Part shown: positions 1-9,127 of the stretch, in pieces
How positions within the stretch are numbered: the stretch's first letter is position 1
How the letters are laid out: each line of letters starts with the position of its first letter
Source of the DNA: Acidobacteriota bacterium
Lineage (GTDB): Bacteria > Acidobacteriota > UBA6911
Assembly: GCA_963664705.1 (NCBI GenBank)
Contig: OY761556.1
Coordinates: 192,001-256,000 of the forward strand
DNA length: 64,000 nucleotides
Direction of reading: 5' to 3'
Program-made: the position numbers and the translations under genes
The notes under the pieces: generated by a model
The model's database searches: none
What the model saw: the letters and a program-made list of their open reading frames with translations, nothing else
Told to the model about the DNA's origin: nothing

Positions 1-147
1 TTGATCTCCTCAATGCCTGCGGCAGTCGTAACCACTGTTCTGGCTGTTCAGTATGATTTGGATGGCGCGCTGGTGAGCGGGACCGTTGTCATAACCACTC
101 TTTTGAGCCCGATCACTTTAGCGCCCCTTATCGCCTATTTGACCTGA
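1..147 (+). CDS. AEC (auxin efflux carrier) family transporter, C-terminal fragment (5' truncated by window edge)
   Basis: Frame 1 reads LISSMPAAVVTTVLAVQYDLDGALVSGTVVITTLLSPITLAPLIAYLT-stop; MP.A...VLA..Y and V..TTLLS..T are typical AEC C-terminal helices. Confidence 0.75.
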   Translation: MISSMPAAVVTTVLAVQYDLDGALVSGTVVITTLLSPITLAPLIAYLT

Positions 148-158
148 TTCTGATTCCA

Positions 159-791
159 GTGCCGGGAGCCTATGCCTTGAATGCCGGTTGCATCGTAATC
201 GCTGGTGGCAAAAGCAGTCGCCTGGGGCGCAATAAGCTTGCCGAGAGTGTCGGCGGTGCCACGCTGTTGCAGCGCGTTGTGGATACGATGTCTTTGTTTG
301 GCCATGAGGTCATTATTGTGGCCTCGCATGCATCCTTGCTTCCTGAGATTGTTTCGTCGGCCGAGGTTAGAATTGTTCGGGATGTATATCCGGATAAAGG
401 CACGCTGGGCGGAATTTATACAGGCTTAATGGCTTCTTCCTCATTGCGCAATCTTGTTGTTGCCGCAGATATGCCCTTTTTGTGCGTCGACCTTTTGAGA
501 TACATGCTGGACATTGCTGCGGGCGTGGACCTGGTGGCCTATCGGGAAGGGGAACAATTTGAACCTCTTCATGCCGTGTATTCGAAGGATTGCCTGGCCG
601 GCCTCGAGGAAATGCTGAAGCTTCAGAGCGTTCGTCTGATTGAGATCCTGCGCTTCGCAAAGACGCGCTATCTAAGTCTCGATGAAATTGATCGATACGA
701 CCCTCAACACCTCAGCTTTTTTAACGTTAATGTTGAGGAGGATCTGCAGCGTGCACGGGATATTGCGGTGCGAGGCGCCAGGAACGATTAG
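159..791 (+). CDS. mobA: Molybdenum cofactor guanylyltransferase
   Basis: IAGGKSSRLGRNK, G.LGGIYTGL, AADMPF, EPLHAVYS and FFNVN motifs. Confidence 0.9.
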   Translation: MPGAYALNAGCIVIAGGKSSRLGRNKLAESVGGATLLQRVVDTMSLFGHEVIIVASHASLLPEIVSSAEVRIVRDVYPDKGTLGGIYTGLMASSSLRNLVVAADMPFLCVDLLRYMLDIAAGVDLVAYREGEQFEPLHAVYSKDCLAGLEEMLKLQSVRLIEILRFAKTRYLSLDEIDRYDPQHLSFFNVNVEEDLQRARDIAVRGARND

Positions 792-1201
792 CGCGACGGG
801 ATGGTTTGCCTGCCGGCCCTATAGTTGTCGATGCCCTCATTTAACAGTTCTATCAGTCCTTTCACTTTGATCTGCAATTCCTCTCCATTGCATCCCAGCA
901 AATCATAGAACGCCTGTTCAGGCGTGGCTCCCGCTTCCTCCAGCGTCTTTCCCTTCACCAGAGTGCACAATACTTCCACCGCCACATTGGCAGTCGGTTC
1001 GCAGGAGCACTGGTACCGGATGTCGTCGATTCTGTTCTCTTTTACCATCATGAAGAGGTGGATATAGTTGCCGGTGTTGCCGCAGTGAACCATCCGTTCA
1101 CCCACGGTTTCAGCAAAGATCGAGGGATTCTCAAAAGAACCGAAATTTTCGAAATCCGCCTTGATCAGACGGCGGTAATACCTGACGACTGCTTCCTCCA
1201 T
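788..1201 (-). CDS. NifU/IscU N-terminal-domain protein (atypical Fe-S scaffold or sulfur acceptor)
   Basis: NFGSFENP, HCG, IDDIRYQCSC and LVKGKTLEEA follow the IscU/SufU pattern; directly downstream of a cysteine desulfurase. Confidence 0.75.
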   Translation of the reverse strand: MEEAVVRYYRRLIKADFENFGSFENPSIFAETVGERMVHCGNTGNYIHLFMMVKENRIDDIRYQCSCEPTANVAVEVLCTLVKGKTLEEAGATPEQAFYDLLGCNGEELQIKVKGLIELLNEGIDNYRAGRQTIPSR

Positions 1202-1234
1202 GCAAACCTTTCACTCCCCGGCTAGCCGCGGGTT

Positions 1235-2683
1235 CTAGATGTAACAGCGTTCCTGAAAGATTTCGTCCAGCGATTCCAGAAATACGCTGCACTCCTCAAT
1301 TGTATTATAGAGATAAAAGGAAACCCGGTAGATCATCCGATGATCCCTGAAAGACTTCGGTCGCAGCCATCCCTGGCCATAGCGACGATTGAAATAGGAA
1401 TGGACGCAAAAAACGCCGTCCCGGATCATGATGTTGCTTTTTCGGCTCAACTCATCGGCAATCCCGACCGCATTGGGCCGCTTGACCTCAAAAGTCAGGA
1501 TGCCCGCCCGTTGTGACGCGTCTTGAGGTCCCAGTATTTTCAGCCAGCCTTCCTCTCCATACCGGTTCAGCAATCCGTCGGTCAGGAATTGGTTTAGTTT
1601 TGTTTCGTGGGCGCCGATCCGTTCCATCCCCAGTTGCTGAAGGTATTCCACCGCAGTCCCTGCGCCAATCTGTCCTGAATAGTTCTGTATCCCGGCTTCA
1701 AAACGTTCAGGCGCCGTCAGGAGATTATAGGTGCCGTAGCTTGTATCGCTGACAGTGCCTCCGCCAAGAATTGCGGGTTCGAGAATATCTCCGATAGTTG
1801 GGCTCTCCTCCTGCGGTCCCTGGCCGAGCAGATCCGCCTTGGCATAGAGGATTCCGACTCCCCTTGGTCCACACATTTTGTGTAGAGAGAAGGCCAAAAA
1901 ATCGACGTCCAAAGCCTGGACGTCCACAGACTGATGCGGCACTCTCTGGGCTCCATCCAGCAGGACGCGCGCTCCGTATTGATGGGCGAGTCTAATGACG
2001 GCGTCGGCAGGAATTGAATATCCGGTCATATTGGAGGTATAGGCCATGCTCACCAGCCGAATCCTGTTTTCCTTCAGCTTCTGCTCGTATGCGGCCAGGT
2101 CAAAGCATTCATCCAGTGTGGAATCCATGGATAAGACGCTGATTAATCCCGATTTCTGCAGGCGAAGCCAGGGAAGGAGATTGGAGTTGTGTTCCTTGTC
2201 GCCCAGAAGCACAACATCGCCCGGGCGAAAATTGAAGCCAAGCGCGACAAGGTTGATGGCCTGGGTCGTGTTCGAGGTAAAGATGATCTCTTTATCGGAG
2301 GCCGCATGAATGAAATCGGCGACACGCCGTCGAGAGCCCGCGATGCCCGCGCCCGCATCGCCTTCGATGCGGCTCGTAACCTCGTCCGCAAACCAGTGGT
2401 GGCTCCTTCTGCCACCGCAGGCGGGGTAGCTGGAATAATACTCTGTTATCGAATCGATCACCGGTTGCGGTGTTAGAGTTGTACAGGCGTTATCCAGGTA
2501 TACCGGCGGTTTCCCGTTGCGGCTTTGCGACAGGGCAGGGAAGTCAGTCCTGTGTTCTTCGAGAGTAGCGTAGATTTTTAGAGGTTTCATGGCCTGCGGT
2601 TTTTGCCGAAGCCGTTCAAGCTCCGGCGGTAAAGGAAAGCCCTCCGAATACTGCGGGAGGGCTCTCCGTTTTTCAGGCAACAA
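1235..2683 (-). CDS. Cysteine desulfurase, group II (SufS/CsdA-like, class V aminotransferase)
   Basis: YLDNACTT, EHNSN, LDGAQ, SLHKMCGP (PLP lysine), RFEAG and RDGVFCVH (catalytic Cys). True start may be ~30 codons downstream. Confidence 0.9.
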   Translation of the reverse strand: MLPEKRRALPQYSEGFPLPPELERLRQKPQAMKPLKIYATLEEHRTDFPALSQSRNGKPPVYLDNACTTLTPQPVIDSITEYYSSYPACGGRRSHHWFADEVTSRIEGDAGAGIAGSRRRVADFIHAASDKEIIFTSNTTQAINLVALGFNFRPGDVVLLGDKEHNSNLLPWLRLQKSGLISVLSMDSTLDECFDLAAYEQKLKENRIRLVSMAYTSNMTGYSIPADAVIRLAHQYGARVLLDGAQRVPHQSVDVQALDVDFLAFSLHKMCGPRGVGILYAKADLLGQGPQEESPTIGDILEPAILGGGTVSDTSYGTYNLLTAPERFEAGIQNYSGQIGAGTAVEYLQQLGMERIGAHETKLNQFLTDGLLNRYGEEGWLKILGPQDASQRAGILTFEVKRPNAVGIADELSRKSNIMIRDGVFCVHSYFNRRYGQGWLRPKSFRDHRMIYRVSFYLYNTIEECSVFLESLDEIFQERCYI

Positions 2684-2706
2684 ATGATCACTGTCGATGC
2701 TTCGCG

Positions 2707-5379
2707 CTATTTCCTGGCTGCAAGCGCCTCTTTGATTCTCTTGGGCGTTGCCGGCAAGTCAAACACTCTTGCACCGCATGCATTGTAGATTGCATTGATG
2801 ACTGCGGGCGCGGTGGAAACCATTGTCATCTCGCCCACTCCCGTGGCTCCCAGAGGACCGTTATAGCGCGGAGTCTGAAGGGTGATCATTTCCACTTCAA
2901 ACATGTCGCGAATAGTCGGGAATTTGAACTGGACGTAGTCTTTTTCTTTGCCCAGCGTGTATTCTTCCCTGAGAGCATAGCCGACTCCCTGGTCCATTCC
3001 GCCTTCCAGCTGTCCCTCGAAAGCATGTGGATTGATCACCGTGCCGCCATCGACGCAGACCGTCATTCTCAGAACTTTGGCTGCGCCGGTTTCGGTATTC
3101 ACTTCAATCTCGGCCATCTGAATATTGTGGCATTCGGATACCTGGGCGTTCCCCTGTCCGGTTTTCGGATCGAGACCGGCCGGGCCCGGGTTTTTCTGAA
3201 TACCGTCGTAGCGGAATGGTTTGCCCGCCTTCTTCAAAGCTTCATAGGTTCTCGCCCCGGCTTCTTTTGCCGCGCCTTCCAACGCTGCAATCGCGGCCAG
3301 GAGTGAGTGCCCCGCCATGAACGTCATACGGCTGCCGGCTGCGGGCCCCATTAACACGGTTTTTTTCGTGTCGCGGATGTTCAGCCGCACCCTGTTTAGT
3401 GGGAGTTTGAGTTGATGGGCGGCTATCTGTGCCAGCATGGCGTCATTGCCTTCGCCTGGGTCGGCAACCGCAGCCCAAATCGTGACTCCATCATCCGGAT
3501 CAATCTCAATGGACATCTGGGCGGAATCACCCGCGCCACCAACTCCGAATGAATGAGCTGCAATGCCTACGCCGCGTTTAAGCGGGCCCGTATTCTTGGC
3601 ATTGAATTCCTTCGCCGCCTTGTGGGCTCTGTCATAGGCAGGTTTGATTGCATCGCAAACCTCAACGAAGGTCCACTCCTTGGCCACCATTCCCGTAGAT
3701 TTGGTTCCGCCCGGTTTGAGCGAATTCATGCGGCGGAATTCCAATGAGTCAATTCCGAGCTTTTCAGCCAACATATCCACTGCAACTTCCGTGGCGAACG
3801 TTGTCTGCGGTGGCCCGGCGCCCCGCGCCGAACCGGTGTAGGCATTATTGGTATAGACCGATTTGCCCATCACTTCCAGATTCGGAATGTCATAGGATCC
3901 CGACAGCATCATGATAGAGCGTCCAAGCAGAACCGGACCATTGAGCGTATAGGCGCCTTTGTTCATTAACCAATCGCAGAACAGAGCGGATATATGGTTG
4001 TTCGCATCCGCAGTGAGCTTCGTTTTGACGTGATAGGAATGCCGCTTGTTGCAAATCAGAATCGATTCTTCAAGGCTCGGGATATACCGGATCGGGCGGT
4101 GGAAATGAATCGCCGCCGCCGCCGCGACTGCTTCTGACGTAATCCAGGTCTTGATGCCGAACTGACCGCCGGAGAAGGGTTCAACATACCGCATCTTGGG
4201 GTAACCCAAAGCTTCCTTCAGCTGATTCAAATGGAAGTGAATGTTGATGCTTCGCCCGGCAACAACCAGTTCCTCGGCCTCCCCTTCGCCTTCAAAATAG
4301 CAAACACAGGTTTCCGGTTCCAATGGCGCCTGGTGATTGGTCTGGGTTGTGAAATATGCTTCGACCATGGCCTTGGATTCTGCCAAGGCCTTCTGGGCAT
4401 CACCCTTCAGAATGGGCTGCTTTGCGCAGATGTTGTCCGGCGCATGCTGGTGAAGAATGGGAGCCCCCGGAGCCAGTGCCTCTTCCGGTTCGAAAATGGC
4501 CGGCAGCGTTTCATAGACTACCTGCACCTTTGCCATTGCGGCATCGGCGCGGGCTTTGGTATCCGCAGCCACGATTACAATCGGATCTCCGAGGATTTTA
4601 ACTCTCTCATCGCAAAGGACGGGTTGATCCGGATGGACTTGGCGGAGACGATTGGTTCCTTTGATGTCCGCGGCACGGACGATGCCCGCTACGCCCGGCA
4701 TCTTTTCCGCCTCGGAGGTGTCGATGGATTTGATCAGAGCGTGAAATTCGGTGCTGCGGACAACCGAGATTTCCAGCTTGTTGGCCGGAAGCTGAATGTC
4801 AGCACCGAAATTGGCAGTTCCACAGGCTTTCGCCATGGATGTCGGCCGTTCGTGGGACACGCCCAGCATCGCGGTTCCGAGATTTTTGCGAATCTCCGCG
4901 GGCGATGTTTCCTTGCGAATAAAGCGGCCCGACAATTGGACTGCTTCTACAATTTTCTTGTACCCCGTGCAACGACATAGGTTCCGGGAAAGAGCCTTTT
5001 TGATATCTTCGACGCTGGGATTCGAATTCTTATCCAGTAGTGCCTTTGCCGCCATGATCATTCCCGGCGTACAGAATCCGCACTGAATAGCTCCCGACAG
5101 TACAAAAGCTTCCTGAATCAGGTGAGGATTTGCCGGTGTTCCAACTCCCTCAATACTGATGATGTCGGCGCCTTCCAGGCCAGTCACCTTGGTGATGCAG
5201 GACCGAACCGCCTTCCCATTGACGATTACGGTGCAGGCTCCGCATTGTCCCTTTCGATCGCATGACTGCTTGGTCCCTGTCAAGTGCAGGTCCTCGCGCA
5301 GCAGATCAATCAGGACCATGTCCGGGTTAGCCTGGACTTCCTGTCGAACGCCATTAATTGTAAGCGTTACCTTTTGCAT
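2707..5379 (-). CDS. mop: Molybdopterin-dependent aldehyde oxidoreductase (Mop type, xanthine oxidase family; 2x[2Fe-2S] plus Moco domain, no FAD domain), copy 1
   Basis: SCDRKGQCGACTV, QCGFCTPG, NLCRCTGY, GGQFG, GSR and GVGE motifs; 890 aa. Confidence 0.9.
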   Translation of the reverse strand: MQKVTLTINGVRQEVQANPDMVLIDLLREDLHLTGTKQSCDRKGQCGACTVIVNGKAVRSCITKVTGLEGADIISIEGVGTPANPHLIQEAFVLSGAIQCGFCTPGMIMAAKALLDKNSNPSVEDIKKALSRNLCRCTGYKKIVEAVQLSGRFIRKETSPAEIRKNLGTAMLGVSHERPTSMAKACGTANFGADIQLPANKLEISVVRSTEFHALIKSIDTSEAEKMPGVAGIVRAADIKGTNRLRQVHPDQPVLCDERVKILGDPIVIVAADTKARADAAMAKVQVVYETLPAIFEPEEALAPGAPILHQHAPDNICAKQPILKGDAQKALAESKAMVEAYFTTQTNHQAPLEPETCVCYFEGEGEAEELVVAGRSINIHFHLNQLKEALGYPKMRYVEPFSGGQFGIKTWITSEAVAAAAAIHFHRPIRYIPSLEESILICNKRHSYHVKTKLTADANNHISALFCDWLMNKGAYTLNGPVLLGRSIMMLSGSYDIPNLEVMGKSVYTNNAYTGSARGAGPPQTTFATEVAVDMLAEKLGIDSLEFRRMNSLKPGGTKSTGMVAKEWTFVEVCDAIKPAYDRAHKAAKEFNAKNTGPLKRGVGIAAHSFGVGGAGDSAQMSIEIDPDDGVTIWAAVADPGEGNDAMLAQIAAHQLKLPLNRVRLNIRDTKKTVLMGPAAGSRMTFMAGHSLLAAIAALEGAAKEAGARTYEALKKAGKPFRYDGIQKNPGPAGLDPKTGQGNAQVSECHNIQMAEIEVNTETGAAKVLRMTVCVDGGTVINPHAFEGQLEGGMDQGVGYALREEYTLGKEKDYVQFKFPTIRDMFEVEMITLQTPRYNGPLGATGVGEMTMVSTAPAVINAIYNACGARVFDLPATPKRIKEALAARK

Positions 5380-6165
5380 TTTTTCCCCTTGTTCGTATGT
5401 TCACCATCGTGATCTACAACGACTGCCAATCTCCGATGTCAACCAGAAGCATCCCCAGGATTTCGTAACTCGTTTGATCTATAAATCATTGTTGATGCTG
5501 ATCTTTCGTCGATTGCGTTCGCAGCCGGCTGTTCGTCTAACCTCAGCTTTCGCAGGTTGACTGGCAAATATTATAGACACCTATGGAAAAATAATAACAA
5601 AAAATAACAAAAAAAGTGTAATAGTCCAAAATATGGGTATATTCATTGTAATGGTCACGTTCATGATAATCAGTCTTCCTGATCTCCCTAATGACCGGAC
5701 CGCTGGCGGCCATAGGAGTGCCGGGTGCCGCCGGACCAGCCTGACCGGGTTATGTCCGGATTGGCGCCCTGATTCACGGCAGCGGTGTCAGCGCCCGCAC
5801 CGGAGGATTCGGTGGAGTGCAAGGAATCCGGCGTGTTGCGGATACCAGGGCCGGCAAGAGCCGCCTGGGTGCATAAGCCGGCATCGTCCTGATCAGGTGA
5901 TGGTCAAAAGGCGGGAGAATGGAATGTAATCCACTTCCGCCTTTCCCCCTGGAAGAACTCCTACGGCTTTGTTCACTGTTCGTTTGAAAAATCCACACAA
6001 AAACGAACAAAATACGGATAAAAAATTACTATTTAAAACCCAAACCGCTGTTGGCTCTGACCGGCCCGAATGGGGTACAATAGGCGGGCTTTTGCCTGGA
6101 CCGGACTGGGAGATTGCACAGCGTATCCGGCCGCGGAAGCCCATATACGAGACGAGGATGAACAC

Positions 6166-9024
6166 ATGAAGAAACTTACTAGAATGACCCTGATCATCAA
6201 TGGCGTCGAGAGAGCTGTCGTTTGTGACCCCGAGGCAGACTCCTTGACGACAGTTATTCGTCGCTTAGGCCTTACCGGTACGAAATTGGGATGCGGCACC
6301 GGTGTTTGCGGTTCCTGTTCCGTGATCCTGAACGGGAAAGTAATCCGGTCCTGTTCCAAGAAGATGAAAACCGTTGCTGAATTCAGCGAAATTATTACGA
6401 TTGAAGGCATTGGTACTCCACAGCACCTGCACCCATTGCAGCAGGCATGGATCACTTACGGTGGCGTGCAATGCGGTTTCTGCTCTCCCGGATTTATTGT
6501 TTCCGCATACGGATTGTTACAGGAAAATCTGAATCCAACCCGCGAACAGGTTCGCGACTGGTTCAAGAAGCATCAGAATATTTGCCGTTGCACAGGCTAT
6601 AAACCGCTGGTGGATGCGGTCATGGCGGCGGCAAAGGTCATGCGTGGCGAAGCCACCATGAAGGACATCACGTATGATTCCGAGGGAGAGAAGGACATTT
6701 ACGGATCCCGCCGGCCGAGGCCCGCGGCACTTGTAAAAGTGACCGGCCTTGCGGACTACGGCGATGATGTAAAGCTGAAGATGCCCGAAGGAACAGCCTT
6801 CCTGGCAGTTGTCATCTCTGAGGTGCCTCATGCCAAGATTATCAGCATTGACACCAAAGAAGCCGAGGCAATGCCCGGCGTCTATAAGGTCATGACGGCA
6901 AAGGATGTCAAAGGCTCCAATAACATGGCATCGCCCGCAGTCATTCCTCGGCAGAAGGGGAAGGGCATTACCGAGTTCCCGGTTATCGCAGGCAAGAAGA
7001 TCTGCCGGCGCGGCGACGTCGTAGCCCTCGTGGCGGCCGATACCGAAGAGCGAGCCCGGGCTGCCGCCAAAATGGTGAAGCAGAATCTGGAAATCCTCCC
7101 CGCGTATATGACGTTCCCTGAAGCCGTAATGCCGAATGCCATTCAGCTTCACGAAAGCCTGCCGAACTTCTATATGGAACAGCCGGTGTTCAAAGGCAGA
7201 GATACCGTGGAGGTTTTTGAGGAGGCGGATTTCGTTGCTGAAGGAAGCTTCCATTCCCAGCATGAACCTCATCTTCCGATCGAGCCCGATGTTGTTCAGG
7301 GGTATTGGGGAGCGGATGGCATGCTCACGATCCTATGCAAATCGCAATCCATCGATGAATCCAGAGATGCGGTGGCGATGGCGACAGGGGTTCCCAAGGA
7401 AAACCTGCGCATGGTTCTGAATCACGTCGGCGGCTCTTTTGGATACTCCACAAGCTCCAATACCTATGCCCTGGTAGCCACGGCTGTGCAGAATCTTGAC
7501 ATGCCGTGTTCACTGACACTGCGCTACGACGAATTCAATCACATGACCGGCAAACGGTCTGCCACCTTTACAAATGGCAGGATCGCATGCGACAAGGAAG
7601 GCAAAATTACAGCTGCCGAGTATGATATCGCATTGGATCATGGATGCTACGCTGTCGTTGCCGGGCATATCTTCAACAACCTGGTATCCGTTGGATTCCA
7701 CGGCTACAACATTCCGAACTTCAAAGCGCTGGCCCGCGGTGGTTCCTCGAACCACGCATTCAACACCGCCTATCGCGGTTTTGGTTCGCCTCAAATCTAT
7801 ACCGCTACCGAAGCTCTCATCGATATGGTGGCCGAGAAGGTAGGAATGGATCCCTGGGAGTTCCGCTACAAGAATGCGGCAAGACCGGGGGATCTCAGCA
7901 TCAACAGCCGTCCCTATCATGACTACCTCTATCCGGCGCTGCTCGAGAAGATCAAGCCGGTGTATGACCAGTACAAAAAGGAAGCCGAAGCCGCCAAGAA
8001 GGAAGGCAAGCAGGTGGGTGTCGGTTTGAGCATGGGCGGTTTTATTATCACCATCGGTATGTTTGATAAAGCCGAAGTTGCCCTCGAGCTGAATCCGGAT
8101 GGAACCATCACTCACTTCAATACATGGGAAGAGATGGGACAGGGCGGTGATATCGGGACCCTGACACATACGGTGAAAGCGCTCGCTCCTCTTGGCATCA
8201 AAGCCGAGCAGGTGCGACTGGTGATGAATGACAGCAAGGACTGTCCGGATACCGGGCTGGCCGCAGCCAGCCGCTCCCATTACATGGCCGGCAATGCCAC
8301 CATCGATGCCGCAACCAAGCTGATGGATGCCATGCGCAAGAAGGATGGCAGCTTCCGCACATACAAGGAAATGGTTGCAGAGAAAATCGCAACCAAGTAT
8401 GTCGGCCATTATGACCAATTCAACATCGGCCTGCCTCCGGGATTGAACCCGGATACAGGAGAAGGAGAAAAGAATCCGACCTACATGTACGGCGTGAACG
8501 TGGCACAGGTCGAGGTTGACGCGAAGTCCGGCAAAGCCAAAGTCCTCAAGTTTACCTGGGCTGGTGATGTCGGGACGATCGGAAACCAGCTTGCGGTCGA
8601 AGGCCAGGGCTATGGTGGAATTTCCCACTCCATCGGCTTTGCGCTCAGTGAGGATTATGATGCCAAAGATAAACATGGGAATATGATCGGTTGCGGCGTT
8701 CCGCAGATCGATGTGATTCCTGATGAACTGAACCTGATCTTCACCGAGACCAAGCGTCCGGCCGGTCCGCATGGTTCCTGCGGCTGTTCGGAAGTCTTCC
8801 AGAGTTCCAACCATATGGCGGTTATCAATGCCATCAGCGATGCCTGCGGCATCCGCGTCTATTCACTGCCAGCAACTCCGGACAAGGTGAAAGCTGCCTT
8901 GGATGCCAAACAGCGTGGCGAGGAGTTGAAGCCGGAGAAGTACTTCCTGGGTTCCGATTTTGAGGAAGAGCTGGAGTATATCAAGGCAAATCCGATGACC
9001 ACGGGACAACCCGCCGGCCACTAA
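6166..9024 (+). CDS. mop: Molybdopterin-dependent aldehyde oxidoreductase (Mop type), copy 2
   Basis: GCGTGVCGSC, QCGFCSPG, NICRCTGY, GGSFG, TGKRS, AYRGFGSPQ, MGQG and ASRS motifs; start placed at ATG 6166 after GAGGA. Confidence 0.92.
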   Translation: MKKLTRMTLIINGVERAVVCDPEADSLTTVIRRLGLTGTKLGCGTGVCGSCSVILNGKVIRSCSKKMKTVAEFSEIITIEGIGTPQHLHPLQQAWITYGGVQCGFCSPGFIVSAYGLLQENLNPTREQVRDWFKKHQNICRCTGYKPLVDAVMAAAKVMRGEATMKDITYDSEGEKDIYGSRRPRPAALVKVTGLADYGDDVKLKMPEGTAFLAVVISEVPHAKIISIDTKEAEAMPGVYKVMTAKDVKGSNNMASPAVIPRQKGKGITEFPVIAGKKICRRGDVVALVAADTEERARAAAKMVKQNLEILPAYMTFPEAVMPNAIQLHESLPNFYMEQPVFKGRDTVEVFEEADFVAEGSFHSQHEPHLPIEPDVVQGYWGADGMLTILCKSQSIDESRDAVAMATGVPKENLRMVLNHVGGSFGYSTSSNTYALVATAVQNLDMPCSLTLRYDEFNHMTGKRSATFTNGRIACDKEGKITAAEYDIALDHGCYAVVAGHIFNNLVSVGFHGYNIPNFKALARGGSSNHAFNTAYRGFGSPQIYTATEALIDMVAEKVGMDPWEFRYKNAARPGDLSINSRPYHDYLYPALLEKIKPVYDQYKKEAEAAKKEGKQVGVGLSMGGFIITIGMFDKAEVALELNPDGTITHFNTWEEMGQGGDIGTLTHTVKALAPLGIKAEQVRLVMNDSKDCPDTGLAAASRSHYMAGNATIDAATKLMDAMRKKDGSFRTYKEMVAEKIATKYVGHYDQFNIGLPPGLNPDTGEGEKNPTYMYGVNVAQVEVDAKSGKAKVLKFTWAGDVGTIGNQLAVEGQGYGGISHSIGFALSEDYDAKDKHGNMIGCGVPQIDVIPDELNLIFTETKRPAGPHGSCGCSEVFQSSNHMAVINAISDACGIRVYSLPATPDKVKAALDAKQRGEELKPEKYFLGSDFEEELEYIKANPMTTGQPAGH

Positions 9025-9057
9025 CGCAATCCCCATAGTGTACACTTACACTAGGAG

Positions 9058-9100
9058 CGCATCCGGGAATCAGAATATAGACTGATTCCCGGATGCGTTT
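9058..9100 (+). terminator. Strong hairpin (terminator/attenuator or mRNA stabiliser) after mop copy 2
   Basis: CGCATCCGGGAATCAG (9058-9073) / CTGATTCCCGGATGCG (9082-9097), perfect 16-bp stem followed by TTT. Confidence 0.75.
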
Positions 9101-9127
9101 GAATCAACGCATGGGGATGATCTTCGT

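Noticed and set aside
5633-6169. Short ORFs or a Moco riboswitch between the mop genes
   Set aside because: The ORFs have no recognisable motifs or RBS, and I could not match a riboswitch consensus by eye.
7510-8814. Long antisense ORFs (also 14257-15210, 24783-25778, 26044-27123, 30563-31642, 55561-56508)
   Set aside because: They are shadows of well-supported genes on the opposite strand in GC-rich DNA and carry no motifs.
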